From Chloroflexota bacterium (GTDB lineage: Bacteria; Chloroflexota; Anaerolineae; Anaerolineales; Anaerolineaceae): a stretch of DNA of 64,000 nucleotides. The stretch spans positions 637 to 64,636 of the forward strand of contig JAKOSR010000090.1 of assembly GCA_029777225.1 (NCBI GenBank), in the 5' to 3' direction. The translations under genes and the position numbers were made by a program. The notes beneath the pieces are model-generated. The model searched no databases and had not been told where the DNA came from. It was given only the letters and a program-made list of their open reading frames with translations. Shown one piece after another: positions 25,765 to 38,047 of the stretch. The stretch's first letter is position 1; every line of letters begins with the position of its first letter.

Positions 25765-26997
25765 CTATTCCAGGCCCAAGGCCTTTTTGAGGTCGGCGAC
25801 TTTGTTTGTTTTCTCCCAGGTCAAATCAAGGTCATCACGGCCGAAGTGGCCATAGGCGGCCAACTGGCGATAAATCGGACGCAGGAGGTTGAGGTCGCGG
25901 ATGATGGCGCGGGGGCGGAGGTCGAACACCTGGCTAATCGCTTCGGCAATCCGGCTGTCTTCGACGGTGCCTGTGCCAAAGGTTTCCACATTGATGCTCA
26001 GGGGTTTGGCAATGCCAATGGCATAGGAAAGCTGGACTTCGCAGCGGGAAGCCAGCCTGGCTGCCACCACGTTTTTGGCGACCCAGCGGGCCGCGTAGGC
26101 TGCGGAACGGTCGACCTTTGTCGGGTCCTTGCCACTGAACGCGCCGCCACCATGCCGGCCCATGCCGCCATAGGTATCGACGATAATCTTACGTCCGGTC
26201 AGGCCGGCATCACCCATGGGGCCACCCACCACGAAACGGCCGGTTGGATTGGTGTAAATGAGGGTGTTTTCATCCAGCAGTTCCTTTGGCAGGACTTTGA
26301 AAATGACCTGTTCCTTGAGGTCCTGGCTGATGCGCTCATTGGTGAGGGTCTTCCCCTCGAACTTGTCGGCGTGCTGGGTGCTGATGAGAACGGTATGGAT
26401 GCGGGCGACTTTGCCGTAGTGGTATTCCACGGTTACCTGGCTCTTACCGTCAGGATACATCCAACCAAGGGTGCCGTTTTTGCGCACTTCCGCCATACGG
26501 CGGCAGAGCTTGTGGGCGTAGTAGATGGGCGCCGGCATAAGCACGTCGGTTTCATCACAGGCGAACCCGAACATAAGGCCCTGGTCACCCGCGCCGCCGG
26601 CTTCCAAGTATTCCTCCGTGTATTCCGTGGTCTTGCCCTTTTTGCCGTTGTGGTCCACACCACGGGCAATATCTGGCGACTGATTGGCCAGGGCGGTCAG
26701 CACACCGCAGGTGGAGGCATCAAAGCCTTTTTTACCGCGGTCATAGCCGATTTCGCCAACTACCTTGCGCACAAGGTGGTCGATATCCACAAATCCTTGC
26801 GTGGTGATTTCCCCAAAGGTCATCACGTAACCAGTTTTGGTGGCTGTTTCGCAGGCCACGCGGCTGTTGGGGTCCTGGGCAATGAGCTCATCCAGCACAG
26901 CGTCACTGACCTGGTCGCAAAGCTTGTCGGGGTGCCCTTCGGTGACCGATTCAGAAGTGAACAGGTACTTGGGCGAATTCATAAACGTTGTTGTCAT
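25765..26997 (-). CDS. metK: S-adenosylmethionine synthase
   Basis: [42 protein letters not shown] and the overall length. Confidence 0.95.
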   Translation of the reverse strand: MTTTFMNSPKYLFTSESVTEGHPDKLCDQVSDAVLDELIAQDPNSRVACETATKTGYVMTFGEITTQGFVDIDHLVRKVVGEIGYDRGKKGFDASTCGVLTALANQSPDIARGVDHNGKKGKTTEYTEEYLEAGGAGDQGLMFGFACDETDVLMPAPIYYAHKLCRRMAEVRKNGTLGWMYPDGKSQVTVEYHYGKVARIHTVLISTQHADKFEGKTLTNERISQDLKEQVIFKVLPKELLDENTLIYTNPTGRFVVGGPMGDAGLTGRKIIVDTYGGMGRHGGGAFSGKDPTKVDRSAAYAARWVAKNVVAARLASRCEVQLSYAIGIAKPLSINVETFGTGTVEDSRIAEAISQVFDLRPRAIIRDLNLLRPIYRQLAAYGHFGRDDLDLTWEKTNKVADLKKALGLE

Positions 26998-27021
26998 ATG
27001 GTTAACCTCCTCAGGTTAGTA

Positions 27022-27172
<151 letters not shown>

Positions 27173-27271
27173 TTTTAGGGGCTATTCGATTGTGTTGTTA
27201 TATATCACAAACCATGAAAATTGACAAGACGCGGCCTGCGTGTAGAAGGATATTGACCTGGCCGCCTCCCA

Positions 27272-27955
27272 TCAAGGCGCGGTGACCGTTAAATTATCAA
27301 AATAGAATTCCACGTTTGCCTGCTCATACGCGCTGCCAATCAGACCCACATTGCCAACCCGTAAGTCCGGGCTGGTGACGCTGGCGACCTGAGTGCCATT
27401 GACCGTGAGCGAGAGCGTTTGGCCGGAGCAGGTGGCGGTGAGGTGGTTGACGCCGGTGGCATGGATGGCCGGGTTCGCGTCTGTGTCGTATAGGCTGGCG
27501 TACTCACCGGCCTTGTATTGGTAGATTTCGACGAACCCATCGTTACCGACCGAGAGCACGTGGAAGTTGTTAGTGTCGATGTAACCGCAGATAATGCCAT
27601 ATGTGCTGGAAGGGGCGCTGAGGGTTTGGCGGACATCCACGTCCACCGTAACATCCCCGCTGATGGTGAGTGTATTTGGGTTGGCCCAGATGTCATTCTT
27701 GGGGGTGACGATAGATATCCGGTATTCGCCGTCCGCGTAATCGGTGATATCGCCCTCCTCGAAGGTAAAGCGGTCCCAGCCGCTGTTGGGGTCTGAAAAA
27801 TCATCCTGGAAAAGGACATCGGCCTGGGCGGGGAGCGTGACGCTGATAGCGGTGGGCTGTGTGAGCGCAGCGGGGGTTGGGGGGACCTTGGTGAGCTTGC
27901 AAGCCATGGTCAACAAGACCAGGACGGCGATCGTGAGGCCAATCTTTTTCATCAT
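27272..27955 (-). CDS. Lipoprotein with a jelly-roll-like DDFSD domain (DUF1080/LamG-like, tentative)
   Basis: The preferred start MMKKIGLTIAVLVLLTMAC carries a lipobox. It continues with LFQDDFSDPNSGWD and ends in FYFDNLTV. The architecture is the same as 54112-54897. Confidence 0.75.
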   Translation of the reverse strand: MMKKIGLTIAVLVLLTMACKLTKVPPTPAALTQPTAISVTLPAQADVLFQDDFSDPNSGWDRFTFEEGDITDYADGEYRISIVTPKNDIWANPNTLTISGDVTVDVDVRQTLSAPSSTYGIICGYIDTNNFHVLSVGNDGFVEIYQYKAGEYASLYDTDANPAIHATGVNHLTATCSGQTLSLTVNGTQVASVTSPDLRVGNVGLIGSAYEQANVEFYFDNLTVTAP

Positions 27956-28131
27956 AAATCCTGTCTGCCCCGGGTTGATGGGAGGAGGCGATACCTGATT
28001 ATAAGCGCAGATAAAAAACACAGCCGGCCGCTGTGGTGGCTGGGACGAGAGCCCGACGGGGGCGCACTTCATTTTTTTGCTTATTTAGTGTATCCTTAGG
28101 TATTGCTTTATTATTTATCGAGGAGGATGGC

Positions 28132-28689
28132 ATGATTGATGATTTGTACAAGGACAGCCATGAACGCATGGAGACTGCCCTCAGCGTTCTGGAAGAAGAC
28201 CTCATGGGCATCCGGACAGGCCGGGCTTCACCAGCCCTGGTGGAAAAATTGCTGGTGGAATATTACGGATCCGACCTGCCTCTCATCCAGCTGGCCAGCA
28301 TCAGCGTGCCTGAACCGCGTCAGTTGATGATTCGGCCGTTTGACGCCTCTTCGTTGAAAGCAATTGAAAAGGCTATTCTTGCCTCAGAGCTGGGGCTTAC
28401 CCCCTCCAATGACGGCAAGGTGGTGCGTTTGAACCTGCCTCCCCTCACCGAAGAACGTCGCCGGGACCTGGCCCGCATGGTCAGCCGACGGCTGGAGGAA
28501 TGCCGCGTCGCGATTCGCAATATCCGACGGGATACGATGAAAGACCTCAAGGAACTGGAGAAGGAAAAGCTCATCTCCGAGGACGACTTGAACCTGGCTG
28601 AGGACAAGCTGACAACCCTGACCGAGAAGATGGTCGAGCGGGTTGGAGAAATTGGCACCCGCAAAGAACGCGAAATCATGGAGTTTTAG
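28132..28689 (+). CDS. frr: Ribosome recycling factor
   Basis: MIDDLYKDSHERMETAL...GIRTGRASPALVEKLLVEYYG...IRNIRRD, 185 aa. AGGAGG lies 5 nt upstream of the ATG at 28132; the track start at 28033 is an artefactual extension. Confidence 0.95.
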   Translation: MIDDLYKDSHERMETALSVLEEDLMGIRTGRASPALVEKLLVEYYGSDLPLIQLASISVPEPRQLMIRPFDASSLKAIEKAILASELGLTPSNDGKVVRLNLPPLTEERRRDLARMVSRRLEECRVAIRNIRRDTMKDLKELEKEKLISEDDLNLAEDKLTTLTEKMVERVGEIGTRKEREIMEF

Positions 28690-28692
28690 CCT

Positions 28693-29406
28693 GTGCCCAA
28701 AGCCGAGAAGAGCCCTATCCCAGCACATGTCGCCATCATCATGGATGGCAACGGCCGTTGGGCGAAGGCCCGCGGCCTACCGCGCCTGGCCGGACACAGG
28801 GCGGGAACGCAAAACTTGCGGCCGATTATCCGCGCCGCGGCCCTGGCGGGGATTAAGTACCTGACGTTTTACGCTTTTTCAACCGAGAACTGGAACCGAC
28901 CGCGGGAGGAAGTCAGCGGCCTGATGAAGCTGCTGGATGAATTTATTGACAAGGAAACCCAGGCTCTGCACGCGGAAGGCGCGCGTTTGCTGCATATTGG
29001 CCACCTGGAAGGGCTGCCTCCCACCTTGCAGAAAAAGGTGGAGGACGCCATCGCGCTGACCAGCGGAAACACGCGCATCACGGTTATTCTGGCGTTCAAT
29101 TATGGTGGCCGGGACGAAATCGTCAGTGCTGTGCGGCGCCTTCTCGCGCAGGGACTGCCCGCGGAGGCCATCGATGAGCAGGCGCTCAGCGGCGCGATGT
29201 TTACCGCCGGCATCCCCGACCCGGACCTTATTATCCGCACGTCGGGTGAGCTGAGGACATCCAATTTTCTAACCTGGCAAAGCGTTTATTCAGAATGGGC
29301 CTTCCCGAAGGTGAACTGGCCTGATTTCTCTGAGGAAGACCTTACGAACATCCTGCGGGAGTTCGCCCGGCGGGACAGGCGTTTTGGAGGATTGACGGAG
29401 TCCTGA
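28693..29406 (+). CDS. uppS: Undecaprenyl-diphosphate synthase (cis-prenyltransferase)
   Basis: HVAIIMDGNGRWA, YAFSTENWNRP and IRTSGELRTSNFLTWQ. GTG start 4 nt after the frr stop. Confidence 0.9.
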   Translation: MPKAEKSPIPAHVAIIMDGNGRWAKARGLPRLAGHRAGTQNLRPIIRAAALAGIKYLTFYAFSTENWNRPREEVSGLMKLLDEFIDKETQALHAEGARLLHIGHLEGLPPTLQKKVEDAIALTSGNTRITVILAFNYGGRDEIVSAVRRLLAQGLPAEAIDEQALSGAMFTAGIPDPDLIIRTSGELRTSNFLTWQSVYSEWAFPKVNWPDFSEEDLTNILREFARRDRRFGGLTES

Positions 29407-30212
29407 TGTTTTGGCCGCGGGTCAAATCCATCCTTGTTTTTGTGCCGCTCATGCTGGTTGTCGCTTATGTGGGCGGCGTTTTGTTTTCCTTGTTCTTTTT
29501 GGTGGTGCTCGGCGTGGCGGCCTTTGAATATGGCCGGCTGCTTAAAAAGATGGGGTATTACATTTCGCAGCCATTCCTCATTTGCGGTGTGGTGGTGTTG
29601 GTGCTCACCCGGCTCGTTTTCGGCTTTGAATATGCTGACCTCGCACTGGTGGCACTCGTCATGGGGGTGGCGGTGCTGGCGCTTTGGCGCTATGAAACAG
29701 GGGACGATACCGCGCTGCACACGTTCGCCCTGCACCTTTCCGGCATTTTATACCTGGGCTGGCTGGGGGCTTATTTCCTCTCCTTGAGGGCTTTGCCGGA
29801 TGGCCGCTGGTGGTTCATCATTACCATCGCGCTGGTGTGGTTGGCGGACCTGGGCGCTTACGTTTTTGGCACGCTGTGGGGGCGGCACAAGATCATGCCG
29901 CGCCTTTCGCCCAAGAAAAGTTGGGAAGGCTGGCTGGGGGGTATCCTGTTTGGCGTGGGTTTTGGCGCGATCATCCCCCTGGTTTTACGGCCCGTGTTCG
30001 CGGGGGCGACTTCACTGGAGGGGGCTGGATTGGGCCTGACCATCGCGGTGTTGACCCTGTTTGGCGATGTGTTTATGAGCATGCTCAAGCGCCTGGCCAA
30101 TGTCAAGGACAGTGGCAACGTCATTCCCGGGCATGGTGGCATCCTGGACCGGCTGGATAGCTGGCTGTGGGCCGCGGTGATAGGCTATTACTTCACCCTC
30201 TTCATCCGTTAG
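29406..30212 (+). CDS. cdsA: Phosphatidate cytidylyltransferase
   Basis: The polytopic C-terminal signature SMLKRLANVKDSGNVIPGHGGILDRLDS. The start overlaps the uppS stop (TGATG). Confidence 0.9.
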   Translation: MFWPRVKSILVFVPLMLVVAYVGGVLFSLFFLVVLGVAAFEYGRLLKKMGYYISQPFLICGVVVLVLTRLVFGFEYADLALVALVMGVAVLALWRYETGDDTALHTFALHLSGILYLGWLGAYFLSLRALPDGRWWFIITIALVWLADLGAYVFGTLWGRHKIMPRLSPKKSWEGWLGGILFGVGFGAIIPLVLRPVFAGATSLEGAGLGLTIAVLTLFGDVFMSMLKRLANVKDSGNVIPGHGGILDRLDSWLWAAVIGYYFTLFIR

Positions 30213-30216
30213 AAAA

Positions 30217-30240
30217 CAAGGGACTGTTCCCAGTCCCTTG
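30217..30240. terminator. Hairpin between the convergent cdsA and pgm genes
   Basis: CAAGGGACTG-TTCC-CAGTCCCTTG forms a 10-bp perfect stem. The U-tracts are poor on both sides. Confidence 0.45.
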
Positions 30241-30263
30241 CTATAGTAAATTTGAGGTCCACG

Positions 30264-31907
<1,644 letters not shown>

Positions 31908-32032
31908 AAGGCACTCCTTTTGGACTTTCAGCAATTGTTGCTTTCGCGGCCTGTCAGAGACACCCATCCCGGGGTGAATACTTGCCGGGTCGCGTTCCTA
32001 ATGACTGTGCAAATTTTATCACAGCGACCCCG

Positions 32033-32079
32033 CCAAAAAACGAAAACTCCCTGGAGGGTTTTCCTTCCAGGGAGTTTTC
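32033..32079 (-). terminator. Intrinsic terminator after the SIMPL-domain gene
   Basis: The minus-strand hairpin AAAACTCCCTGGAA-loop-TCCAGGGAGTTTT is followed by a T-run (the complement of CCAAAAAACG). Confidence 0.6.
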
Positions 32080-32101
32080 TGTCTAACGATTGGGAACGGG
32101 T

Positions 32102-32866
32102 TTACTTGATTTCGTAGACCAGCGAGGCATCAAAGGTAACCACAATCTGGCCGGCTGAAACGGGAACGGTGCTTTCCAAAGCCTTGTCACCACCGCCGCC
32201 CATGCCGTAACCGGACTGGTAGACACCCGAAACGTAAGAGGTGTTGGTGACATTGACGCTGTAGATTTGACCCAATTCCACACCGACAGTCGCCGCGGTT
32301 GCTTCGGCTTTGGCTTTCGCGTCTGCAATCGCGAGGTCGCGGGCCTGGGCCAGGGCAGCTTCCTTGTTCTGAATGTCAAAGGTGATGCCGTAAATGTTGT
32401 TGGCGCCAGCCCTGAGGGTGGTATCCAGCAGCTTGCCAAGGTTGGCAATGTCACGGACAGTCACGTAGAGGGTGTTATCAACCGCGTAATTGCGGCGGAT
32501 ATACTGACCCGTGGTCGGATCGTACTGGTCCGAAGGATAGACGTTGAAGTTGGAGGTTTGGAAGTCCTTGTCTTCGACACCTTCAGATTTGAGGGCATCC
32601 TTGATTGCCAGGGCCAGGTCATTGTTAGAGCTCAAAGCGGTGGAGACGTCCTCGGCTTCACTGTGCACGCCGATGTTGATGTAAGCCACATCGGGGACGA
32701 GCATAACCTTGCCGGTGCCGCTAACGGTCAGCGTGCGAATTTGCTGCGGAGTGGTCTGCGCTGGAGCGCTGGCCTGGGCGAGGGGTGCCTGACCGCAGGC
32801 TGAAAGAACCATCGCGCCAACCAAAAGCGCGGCCAATACAAATAGTGTGTTTTTCTTGTTCATCAT
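32102..32866 (-). CDS. SIMPL/DUF541-family lipoprotein
   Basis: MMNKKNTLFVLAALLVGAMVLSAC carries a lipobox. It has a SIMPL-like pattern: RTLTVSGTGKVMLVPDVAYINIGV...AIADAKAKAEATA. AAGGAG lies upstream, and the start may be the ATG at 32866 or 32863. Confidence 0.8.
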   Translation of the reverse strand: MMNKKNTLFVLAALLVGAMVLSACGQAPLAQASAPAQTTPQQIRTLTVSGTGKVMLVPDVAYINIGVHSEAEDVSTALSSNNDLALAIKDALKSEGVEDKDFQTSNFNVYPSDQYDPTTGQYIRRNYAVDNTLYVTVRDIANLGKLLDTTLRAGANNIYGITFDIQNKEAALAQARDLAIADAKAKAEATAATVGVELGQIYSVNVTNTSYVSGVYQSGYGMGGGGDKALESTVPVSAGQIVVTFDASLVYEIK

Positions 32867-33096
32867 AGACTCCTTGGTTAGTGTTTCTGTAAACAAGACG
32901 CAGGAGGATTTGAATTTGTTCCAATTCCCGGGGAAATTACCCCGGGCTTTTTGGACGGACCCAAAAAGGAGCACGTGCGGACTGGAAAAAACGAGGATTA
33001 TTAATGGAACTATTACGCGATAAGGCTGCATGGAGAGAATGGATACATGAAAATACGATAGAATTAAGAGGATAGGAGTATCAGAACCAAAACTTT

Positions 33097-34737
33097 ATGA
33101 TTAAAACGCATCATATAACTGACGACCTTGAAGCGATGCTCAAGGTCTTTCCCCCGGAGCTGGCAGAAGCCGTTCGGCAGAGAGACAATTTTGATGACTT
33201 GCTGGAGGTCGTTATGGACCTGGGCCGCAAGCCCACTGCCCGGTTCGTGGATGGAGAGTATGTGCTTCTCGACCGGCCGGTAATCCAGGAGGACATCGAA
33301 TACGTCACGGTCAGGATTGGCGATTTTGACGCGGACAATCGCGCGGGCATGGAACGCACCCTGCACCGTATTTCCGCGATTCGCAACCGCCGGGGCAGGA
33401 TTGTTGGCCTAACCTGCCGAGTTGGGCGGGCGGTCTTTGGCACCATTGACATTATCAACGACCTGGTTACCTCCAACGAAAGCATCCTTATTTTGGGAAA
33501 GCCTGGCGTGGGTAAAACCACCATGCTGCGCGAGGCCGCGCGCACACTGGCTGAAAGCCGCCGGGTGGTCATCGTGGACACCTCGAATGAAATTGGCGGG
33601 GACGGCGATGTTCCCCATCCCGCGGTGGGAAATTCCCGGCGCATGCAGGTGCCCAAGCCTTCCCTGCAGCATGAAGTGATGATTGAGGCGGTTGAAAACC
33701 ACAACCCGGAAGTCATCGTGATTGACGAAATTGGCCGGGAACTGGAAGCCCAGGCGGCGCGGACGATTGCCGAGCGTGGTGTTCAGTTGATTGGTACCGC
33801 ACATGGCAACGCGCTTGAAAACCTGCTGCTTAACCCCACCCTGTCTGACCTGGTGGGGGGTATTGAATCGGTGACCCTGTCGGATGATGAGGCCCGCCGA
33901 CGCGGAACCCAAAAGACCGTGTTGGAACGCCGCGCGCCACCGACCTTTACCGTGCTGGTGGAAATCCAGGACCGCAACCATGTCAACGTGCATCGGGACG
34001 TAGCCAGCAGCGTGGACGCCATTTTGCGAGGCTACCCTATTCCCCCTGAGCAACGCTATTGGGATGAGAACGGTAAAGTGCATTACGTGCGCAGTGCCCC
34101 CACCGCGGCACCGACCGCGCTACAATCCATCAAACGTGGAACGGGCATGGAAAAGACCCCTTTTCAACGCAACGGGCAGGGCAGCACGGAGGAGAAACGC
34201 CGCGTGCCTCGTTACCAGGAGTTGATTGGTGAAAGTGAAAAGCAGTTGCCTGGCGCGCGACCCGAGGGGCAGACCGTCAGGAACCTGTATGCCTTTGGTG
34301 TGGCGCGGAACCGCCTGTTGCAGGCCATTCGCGCCATGAACGCGCCAGCGCGCGTGGTGCGCACCCTGGATGAAGCGGATACGCTGGTCACCCAGCGCCG
34401 GTATTACCGGGAGAGGCTTCAGCCCATCGTGGCCGCGGAAGAAAAAGGCGTGCCCATCTTCGTGATTAAGTCCAACACGGATGACCAGATTGCTCAGTTC
34501 CTCTCTGACTTGTTCTCGCTGCATGGCCCTACATCCAATTTTTCGGAGCAGGATGAAGCGATGGCCCAGGCCGAACGCGCGATTGAGGTTATCCGGGCTG
34601 GGGAAAAGTACGTGGACCTGATGCCCGCACCAGCCGCCATTCGCCGGCAACAGCACGACCTGGCCAAGACCGCCAACCTGGTCTCACAATCTTTTGGAAA
34701 GGACCCCAACCGGTACGTCAGGATTTACCGGGATTAG
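33097..34737 (+). CDS. AAA-type ATPase with C-terminal R3H domain (Ycf45/SpoIIIAA-like)
   Basis: Walker A ILGKPGVGKTT, Walker B VIVIDEIG, and a C-terminal R-x3-H segment (IRRQQHDLA...SFGKDPNRYVRIY). Confidence 0.8.
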   Translation: MIKTHHITDDLEAMLKVFPPELAEAVRQRDNFDDLLEVVMDLGRKPTARFVDGEYVLLDRPVIQEDIEYVTVRIGDFDADNRAGMERTLHRISAIRNRRGRIVGLTCRVGRAVFGTIDIINDLVTSNESILILGKPGVGKTTMLREAARTLAESRRVVIVDTSNEIGGDGDVPHPAVGNSRRMQVPKPSLQHEVMIEAVENHNPEVIVIDEIGRELEAQAARTIAERGVQLIGTAHGNALENLLLNPTLSDLVGGIESVTLSDDEARRRGTQKTVLERRAPPTFTVLVEIQDRNHVNVHRDVASSVDAILRGYPIPPEQRYWDENGKVHYVRSAPTAAPTALQSIKRGTGMEKTPFQRNGQGSTEEKRRVPRYQELIGESEKQLPGARPEGQTVRNLYAFGVARNRLLQAIRAMNAPARVVRTLDEADTLVTQRRYYRERLQPIVAAEEKGVPIFVIKSNTDDQIAQFLSDLFSLHGPTSNFSEQDEAMAQAERAIEVIRAGEKYVDLMPAPAAIRRQQHDLAKTANLVSQSFGKDPNRYVRIYRD

Positions 34738-34740
34738 CTT

Positions 34741-35382
34741 ATGTTCATCACGCTTGAAGGACCTGAAGGCAGTGGAAAGACCAGCCAGGTGCCTCAGCTG
34801 GCCAAATACCTGCGCGACCTGGGTTGGGACGTACTCACCACCCGCGAACCGGGCGGGACTGACATCGGGGACCAAATCCGGCAGGTTTTGGTGAGCATGG
34901 AGAATAAAGCACTGCATCCACGCACAGAAATATTGCTATTTTTGGCGGCGCGGGCCCAGCTGGTGGAACAGGTGATTAAGCCGGCGCTGGCGGAGGGCAA
35001 GGTTGTGCTCTGCGACCGGTATGCAGATTCCACGCTGGCCTACCAGGGGTACGGCCACGGATTGGACCTGCCTGCGTTGCGGTCCATGCTGCAGTTTGCC
35101 ACGGACGGCCTGAAACCCGATCTGACCATCCTGTTGGATTTGCCGGTGGAAGTGGGCCTGAGCCGCAAGAAAAAGGAAGATGAATGGAATCGCCTGGACG
35201 CGTATGAGGTTAAGTTCCACGAGCGCGTACGAGAGGGGTATCATATATTGGCGGGCGAGGAACCTGCCCGTTGGAAAACCATCGATGCCTCACAACCCCG
35301 CGAGGTTGTTCAAGAAAACCTGCGCGCGGTTGTTTTGCTATCACTACAAAATCAAAGCTTGATTGCCGACTCTTCCAACTAA
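34741..35382 (+). CDS. tmk: Thymidylate kinase
   Basis: MFITLEGPEGSGKTSQ, TREPGGT and the DRY-type CDRYADSTLAYQG. Confidence 0.9.
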   Translation: MFITLEGPEGSGKTSQVPQLAKYLRDLGWDVLTTREPGGTDIGDQIRQVLVSMENKALHPRTEILLFLAARAQLVEQVIKPALAEGKVVLCDRYADSTLAYQGYGHGLDLPALRSMLQFATDGLKPDLTILLDLPVEVGLSRKKKEDEWNRLDAYEVKFHERVREGYHILAGEEPARWKTIDASQPREVVQENLRAVVLLSLQNQSLIADSSN

Positions 35383-35410
35383 AAGAACGAGAGCCAGCTG
35401 AAAGGATTGA

Positions 35411-36757
35411 ATGAAGAAGATATCCAGATTTATTATCGTGTTGCTGGTGGCGGGCATGCTTTTGAGCGCCTGCAAAGTGCAGACAGCCACGCCTCCCACT
35501 GAAGAGCCCACCGCGACAACAGAAGTGACAGAAGCGCCGGCGGAAACCACACCAGCAGGCGAAACCGCCGCGACGGTGGACCCCAATGCCACCCCGACCG
35601 CGACCCCCGATACCCGCCTTTTTGATGACGCGGGCAAGATGATTTGCACCCCCTCTGAGCCCTTCTTCCCTGAGCTGACGGCTGAACAAAAAGACCAGCT
35701 GGCCATGTTCCCGGAAATTTCTGACGCGGATTGGCAAACCGGACCCAAGGATGCCATGCTGACGATTTTGGAATACAGCGATTTCCAGTGCCCGGCCTGC
35801 TCCGCTTTTTACGCCGAGCTGGAGAAATTCATGGCGAAATATCCGGACGACGTCCGGCTTGTTTACCGCCACTTCCCGCTGACGAGCTTGCACCCAAACG
35901 CCGTCCAGGCCGCCCAGGCTTCTGAGGCTGCGGGGTTGCAGGGTAAATTCTGGGATATGTACCACTCCCTGTTCTCCAAGCAGAGTGAATGGTCCTCCTT
36001 GACCTCGGAAGCGTTCACGGACTGGCTGGTGGCGGATGCCAAAGCGCTCGGCCTTGATGAGATTCAATTCAAGACTGACCTGCTGAGCGACGCGATTGTT
36101 GAAAAAATCCAGACAGAACTCTCCTACGCGACCTCCATCGGTCTGAATGCCACGCCGACCATCCTGTTGAATGGCCGCCCCTGGCAATACGACTGGTCTT
36201 CCGCGACCCTCAGCCTGGTGGTTGAGGTGCTCAAGGCTGAAAAGAACTTGAAGATGGAATGCCCCCCGTTCGTAATTGACCAAAACAAGACCTACACGGC
36301 CACCATTACCACCGAAAAGGGCGACCTGGTTATCGAACTGTATCCCAAGGAAGCGCCCCTGGCGGTGAACTCATTTGTTTACTTGGCGCGCGAAGGATTC
36401 TATGATGGAATTACCTTCCACCGCGTGATGCATGACTTTGTTGCCCAGACTGGCGACCCCAGTGGAACAGGCATTTCCGGCTCGGGCTACGAATACCGCG
36501 AGGAAACTTCGGACGCGCTCACCTTTGATCAACCCTACATGGTGGGCGTGGCCCGGGCGAACACGGCTGGTACGAGCGGTAGCCAGTTCTTCATCACCTA
36601 TGTGCCTTACAGCTCATTGAATGGTCAGTACACCATCTTCGGGAAACTGATTGCGGGCCAGGATGTGCTGGCGAACATCACGGAACGTGATACCTCCACG
36701 AACCCCGAAGCGGCCCCTGGGGATAAAATCCTCAGCATCACCATCAAGGAGAATTAA
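35411..36757 (+). CDS. Secreted fusion protein: DsbA-like thioredoxin domain plus cyclophilin-type peptidyl-prolyl isomerase
   Basis: Lipobox LLSAC and a PT-rich linker. The N-terminal half has a thioredoxin CxxC (FQCPAC). The C-terminal half has the cyclophilin core FHRVMHDFVAQTGDPSGTG...GSQFFI. Confidence 0.85.
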   Translation: MKKISRFIIVLLVAGMLLSACKVQTATPPTEEPTATTEVTEAPAETTPAGETAATVDPNATPTATPDTRLFDDAGKMICTPSEPFFPELTAEQKDQLAMFPEISDADWQTGPKDAMLTILEYSDFQCPACSAFYAELEKFMAKYPDDVRLVYRHFPLTSLHPNAVQAAQASEAAGLQGKFWDMYHSLFSKQSEWSSLTSEAFTDWLVADAKALGLDEIQFKTDLLSDAIVEKIQTELSYATSIGLNATPTILLNGRPWQYDWSSATLSLVVEVLKAEKNLKMECPPFVIDQNKTYTATITTEKGDLVIELYPKEAPLAVNSFVYLAREGFYDGITFHRVMHDFVAQTGDPSGTGISGSGYEYREETSDALTFDQPYMVGVARANTAGTSGSQFFITYVPYSSLNGQYTIFGKLIAGQDVLANITERDTSTNPEAAPGDKILSITIKEN

Positions 36758-37992
36758 TGACTGATATTCCTGGTCAATCCCCATTAACCAGGTCAAAGAC
36801 GGATTGGACCAGCTGGTTACAGCTGGTCTTTTCCGTTATCGTTTTTATCGCCCTGGTCGGAATGGGCTTGCTCGTGCTGGTCAGCCCGGTGCTTTCCAGC
36901 CTGCCCGGGCAAACAGGCGGGCTTTCTATGGATTCCATGGTGCTCATCATGGGCTTCAGTATGCTTGCGCTGGCACTTTTCCCGTTGCTGTCAACGATTA
37001 CTTCCGCTCTGCAATTGGCCGGGAAGAAACAGCCAGCCTGGCTGACCGGACCGAAAAACTGGTTGAAGGGGCTGCCCATTCTTGTGGCGCTGCTCATGCT
37101 GCTGGCTTGGTTCCTGATTGGGCGGGGGGCCAACCCGGTTTGGTTGCTTTCCTTGTTGACCATGTTGTGCATCCTATTGCCGATTACCTGGCTCGCCAGG
37201 GTCGGGTCGGGGAAGGAGTGGGGTAACTTCCCAAAGCGGGATGCCGGGCTTTTGACCTTTTCAATTGGTTTTTCCACGCCGCTCATCCTGTTGGTTGAGC
37301 TCATCCTGGTTTTCATACTCCTCGTGGTTTTTGGCTTTGTCGTCGCGGCAATTCCTGGTCTGCAACAGGTGTTAGAGCAGGTTCTGACCAACTGGGCGCA
37401 ATACGCACAGGACCCGGAGCAGCTGCTGGAAGCGCTGCGGCCATTGCTGACCAACGGGTGGGTGATTGGGCTGCTGTTCTTCCTGCTCTCAGGGCTCGCG
37501 CCATTGGTGGAAGAACTGCTCAAAACCCTGGGCGTGTGGTTTTTGAAGAACCAGGCGATCACGCCCGCGCAGGGGTTTGTGGCCGGGGTCATGTCCGGCG
37601 CTGGTTTTGCGCTGGTGGAGGGCCTGTTTAACGCCACGCAAGCGTTGAGCGGCAGTTCTGGCGCGGATTGGTTGTTCCTCATCCTGGGCCGCTTTGGCGG
37701 CAGCTTGTTGCACATCTTTAACGGCGGGCTGATGGGCTGGGCGTTGGCCAAAACCTGGCAGGACCGCAAGGTTTGGCGCGTCGTGGGCATTTTCGCGCTC
37801 GTGTTCGTGTTGCATGGGGTGTGGAATGCCTTCGCGCTCGCGGCGGGTGTGTTCCCATTCCTGCAGGGGGGCCTGGAAAGCACGTCGTGGTATTACTTAC
37901 CGCTGGGTGTTATCTTCGTGGTGGTGCTGGCGGCGTTTTTGGCTGTTTCAAGACGGCTCACTGGCGGGAGCAAGGTGAGAGAACTGCTTTGA
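36757..37992 (+). CDS. Polytopic membrane protein, PrsW-like intramembrane protease (tentative)
   Basis: About 10 TM segments, an EExxK-type motif (APLVEELLKTLG) and a later HxxxN (LLHIFNGG). The start overlaps the previous stop (TAATG). Confidence 0.65.
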   Translation: MTDIPGQSPLTRSKTDWTSWLQLVFSVIVFIALVGMGLLVLVSPVLSSLPGQTGGLSMDSMVLIMGFSMLALALFPLLSTITSALQLAGKKQPAWLTGPKNWLKGLPILVALLMLLAWFLIGRGANPVWLLSLLTMLCILLPITWLARVGSGKEWGNFPKRDAGLLTFSIGFSTPLILLVELILVFILLVVFGFVVAAIPGLQQVLEQVLTNWAQYAQDPEQLLEALRPLLTNGWVIGLLFFLLSGLAPLVEELLKTLGVWFLKNQAITPAQGFVAGVMSGAGFALVEGLFNATQALSGSSGADWLFLILGRFGGSLLHIFNGGLMGWALAKTWQDRKVWRVVGIFALVFVLHGVWNAFALAAGVFPFLQGGLESTSWYYLPLGVIFVVVLAAFLAVSRRLTGGSKVRELL

Positions 37993-38047
37993 GCCTGTCT
38001 TCGCGCGCGATGGACGCGCGGTAAAAAGGAATTTTGGGTTTTGAGTA

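Noticed and set aside
35210-36283. 357-aa minus-strand ORF
   Set aside because: It is antisense to tmk and the DsbA-cyclophilin gene, and its translation is Gly/Arg-rich junk.
36774-37883. 369-aa minus-strand ORF
   Set aside because: It is antisense to the polytopic PrsW-like gene. The translation is Ser/Pro/Arg-rich and has no TM or domain logic.
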